Source: Camelus dromedarius (lineage: Eukaryota). From it: a DNA stretch of 64,000 bases. The stretch is from assembly GCF_036321535.1 (NCBI RefSeq), contig NC_087436.1:92258001-92322000 (forward strand). Direction: 5' to 3'. Made by a program: the position numbers and the translations under genes. Below are positions 63,801 to 64,000 of the stretch, one piece after another (the stretch's first letter is position 1; each line of letters starts with the position of its first letter). The notes under the pieces were generated by a model, which was not told where the DNA came from, searched no databases, and saw nothing but the letters and a program-made list of their open reading frames with translations.

Positions 63801-64000
63801 ACAATTCTTTTAATTTCTCACATAAAATATTAAGGTAAATATATTTCCGTAAAGAAAGTTTAAAAAAAATAGCTTAATCCCTTCGCAGGGAGTCTGTTTG
63901 AGGCCACACTTGTTTCTAGACTTGTTTCCCTGTCCTGTTTTCCATTCTTCCTTTTTCCCCCAAATGCTTAGACCTTCAGTGCCAACTTCCATTTCTACTT

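Noticed and set aside
1..64000. CRISPR arrays, operons, rRNA, NUMT, snRNA genes or intact retroviral gag/pol/env
   Set aside because: No regularly spaced repeat-spacer array and no matching sequence or ORF were seen. The window is eukaryotic, repeat-rich, mostly non-coding DNA.

Overview
AT-rich mammalian genomic DNA, most likely from a camelid: it carries a tRNA-Ala-derived Vic-1-like SINE and artiodactyl-type L1 3' ends, and I saw no Alu, Bov-A/Bov-tA or PRE-1 SINEs. Much of the window is recognisable interspersed repeat (L1 of several ages, L2, MIR, MaLR MLT1, ERV1/ERVL LTRs, hAT MITEs). No known protein-coding gene was recognised. The only long ORF (29338-30540) is the C-terminal part of LINE-1 ORF2 in a young, 5'-truncated L1 with a target-site duplication (TSD). 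The most notable observations are: (i) a chain of minus-strand exon-like segments whose splicing keeps one frame open for 133 codons; (ii) a tailless retroposed 5' half of tRNA-Gly(TCC) with a perfect 13-bp TSD; (iii) a 437-bp mRNA-3'-end-like retrocopy with a perfect 20-bp TSD; (iv) a CpG-dense patch in an LTR cluster with head-to-head LTRs; (v) a probable twin-primed L1. I found no convincing new biological system. Repeat family names come from recalled consensus sequences, not a search, and boundaries without a TSD are approximate.
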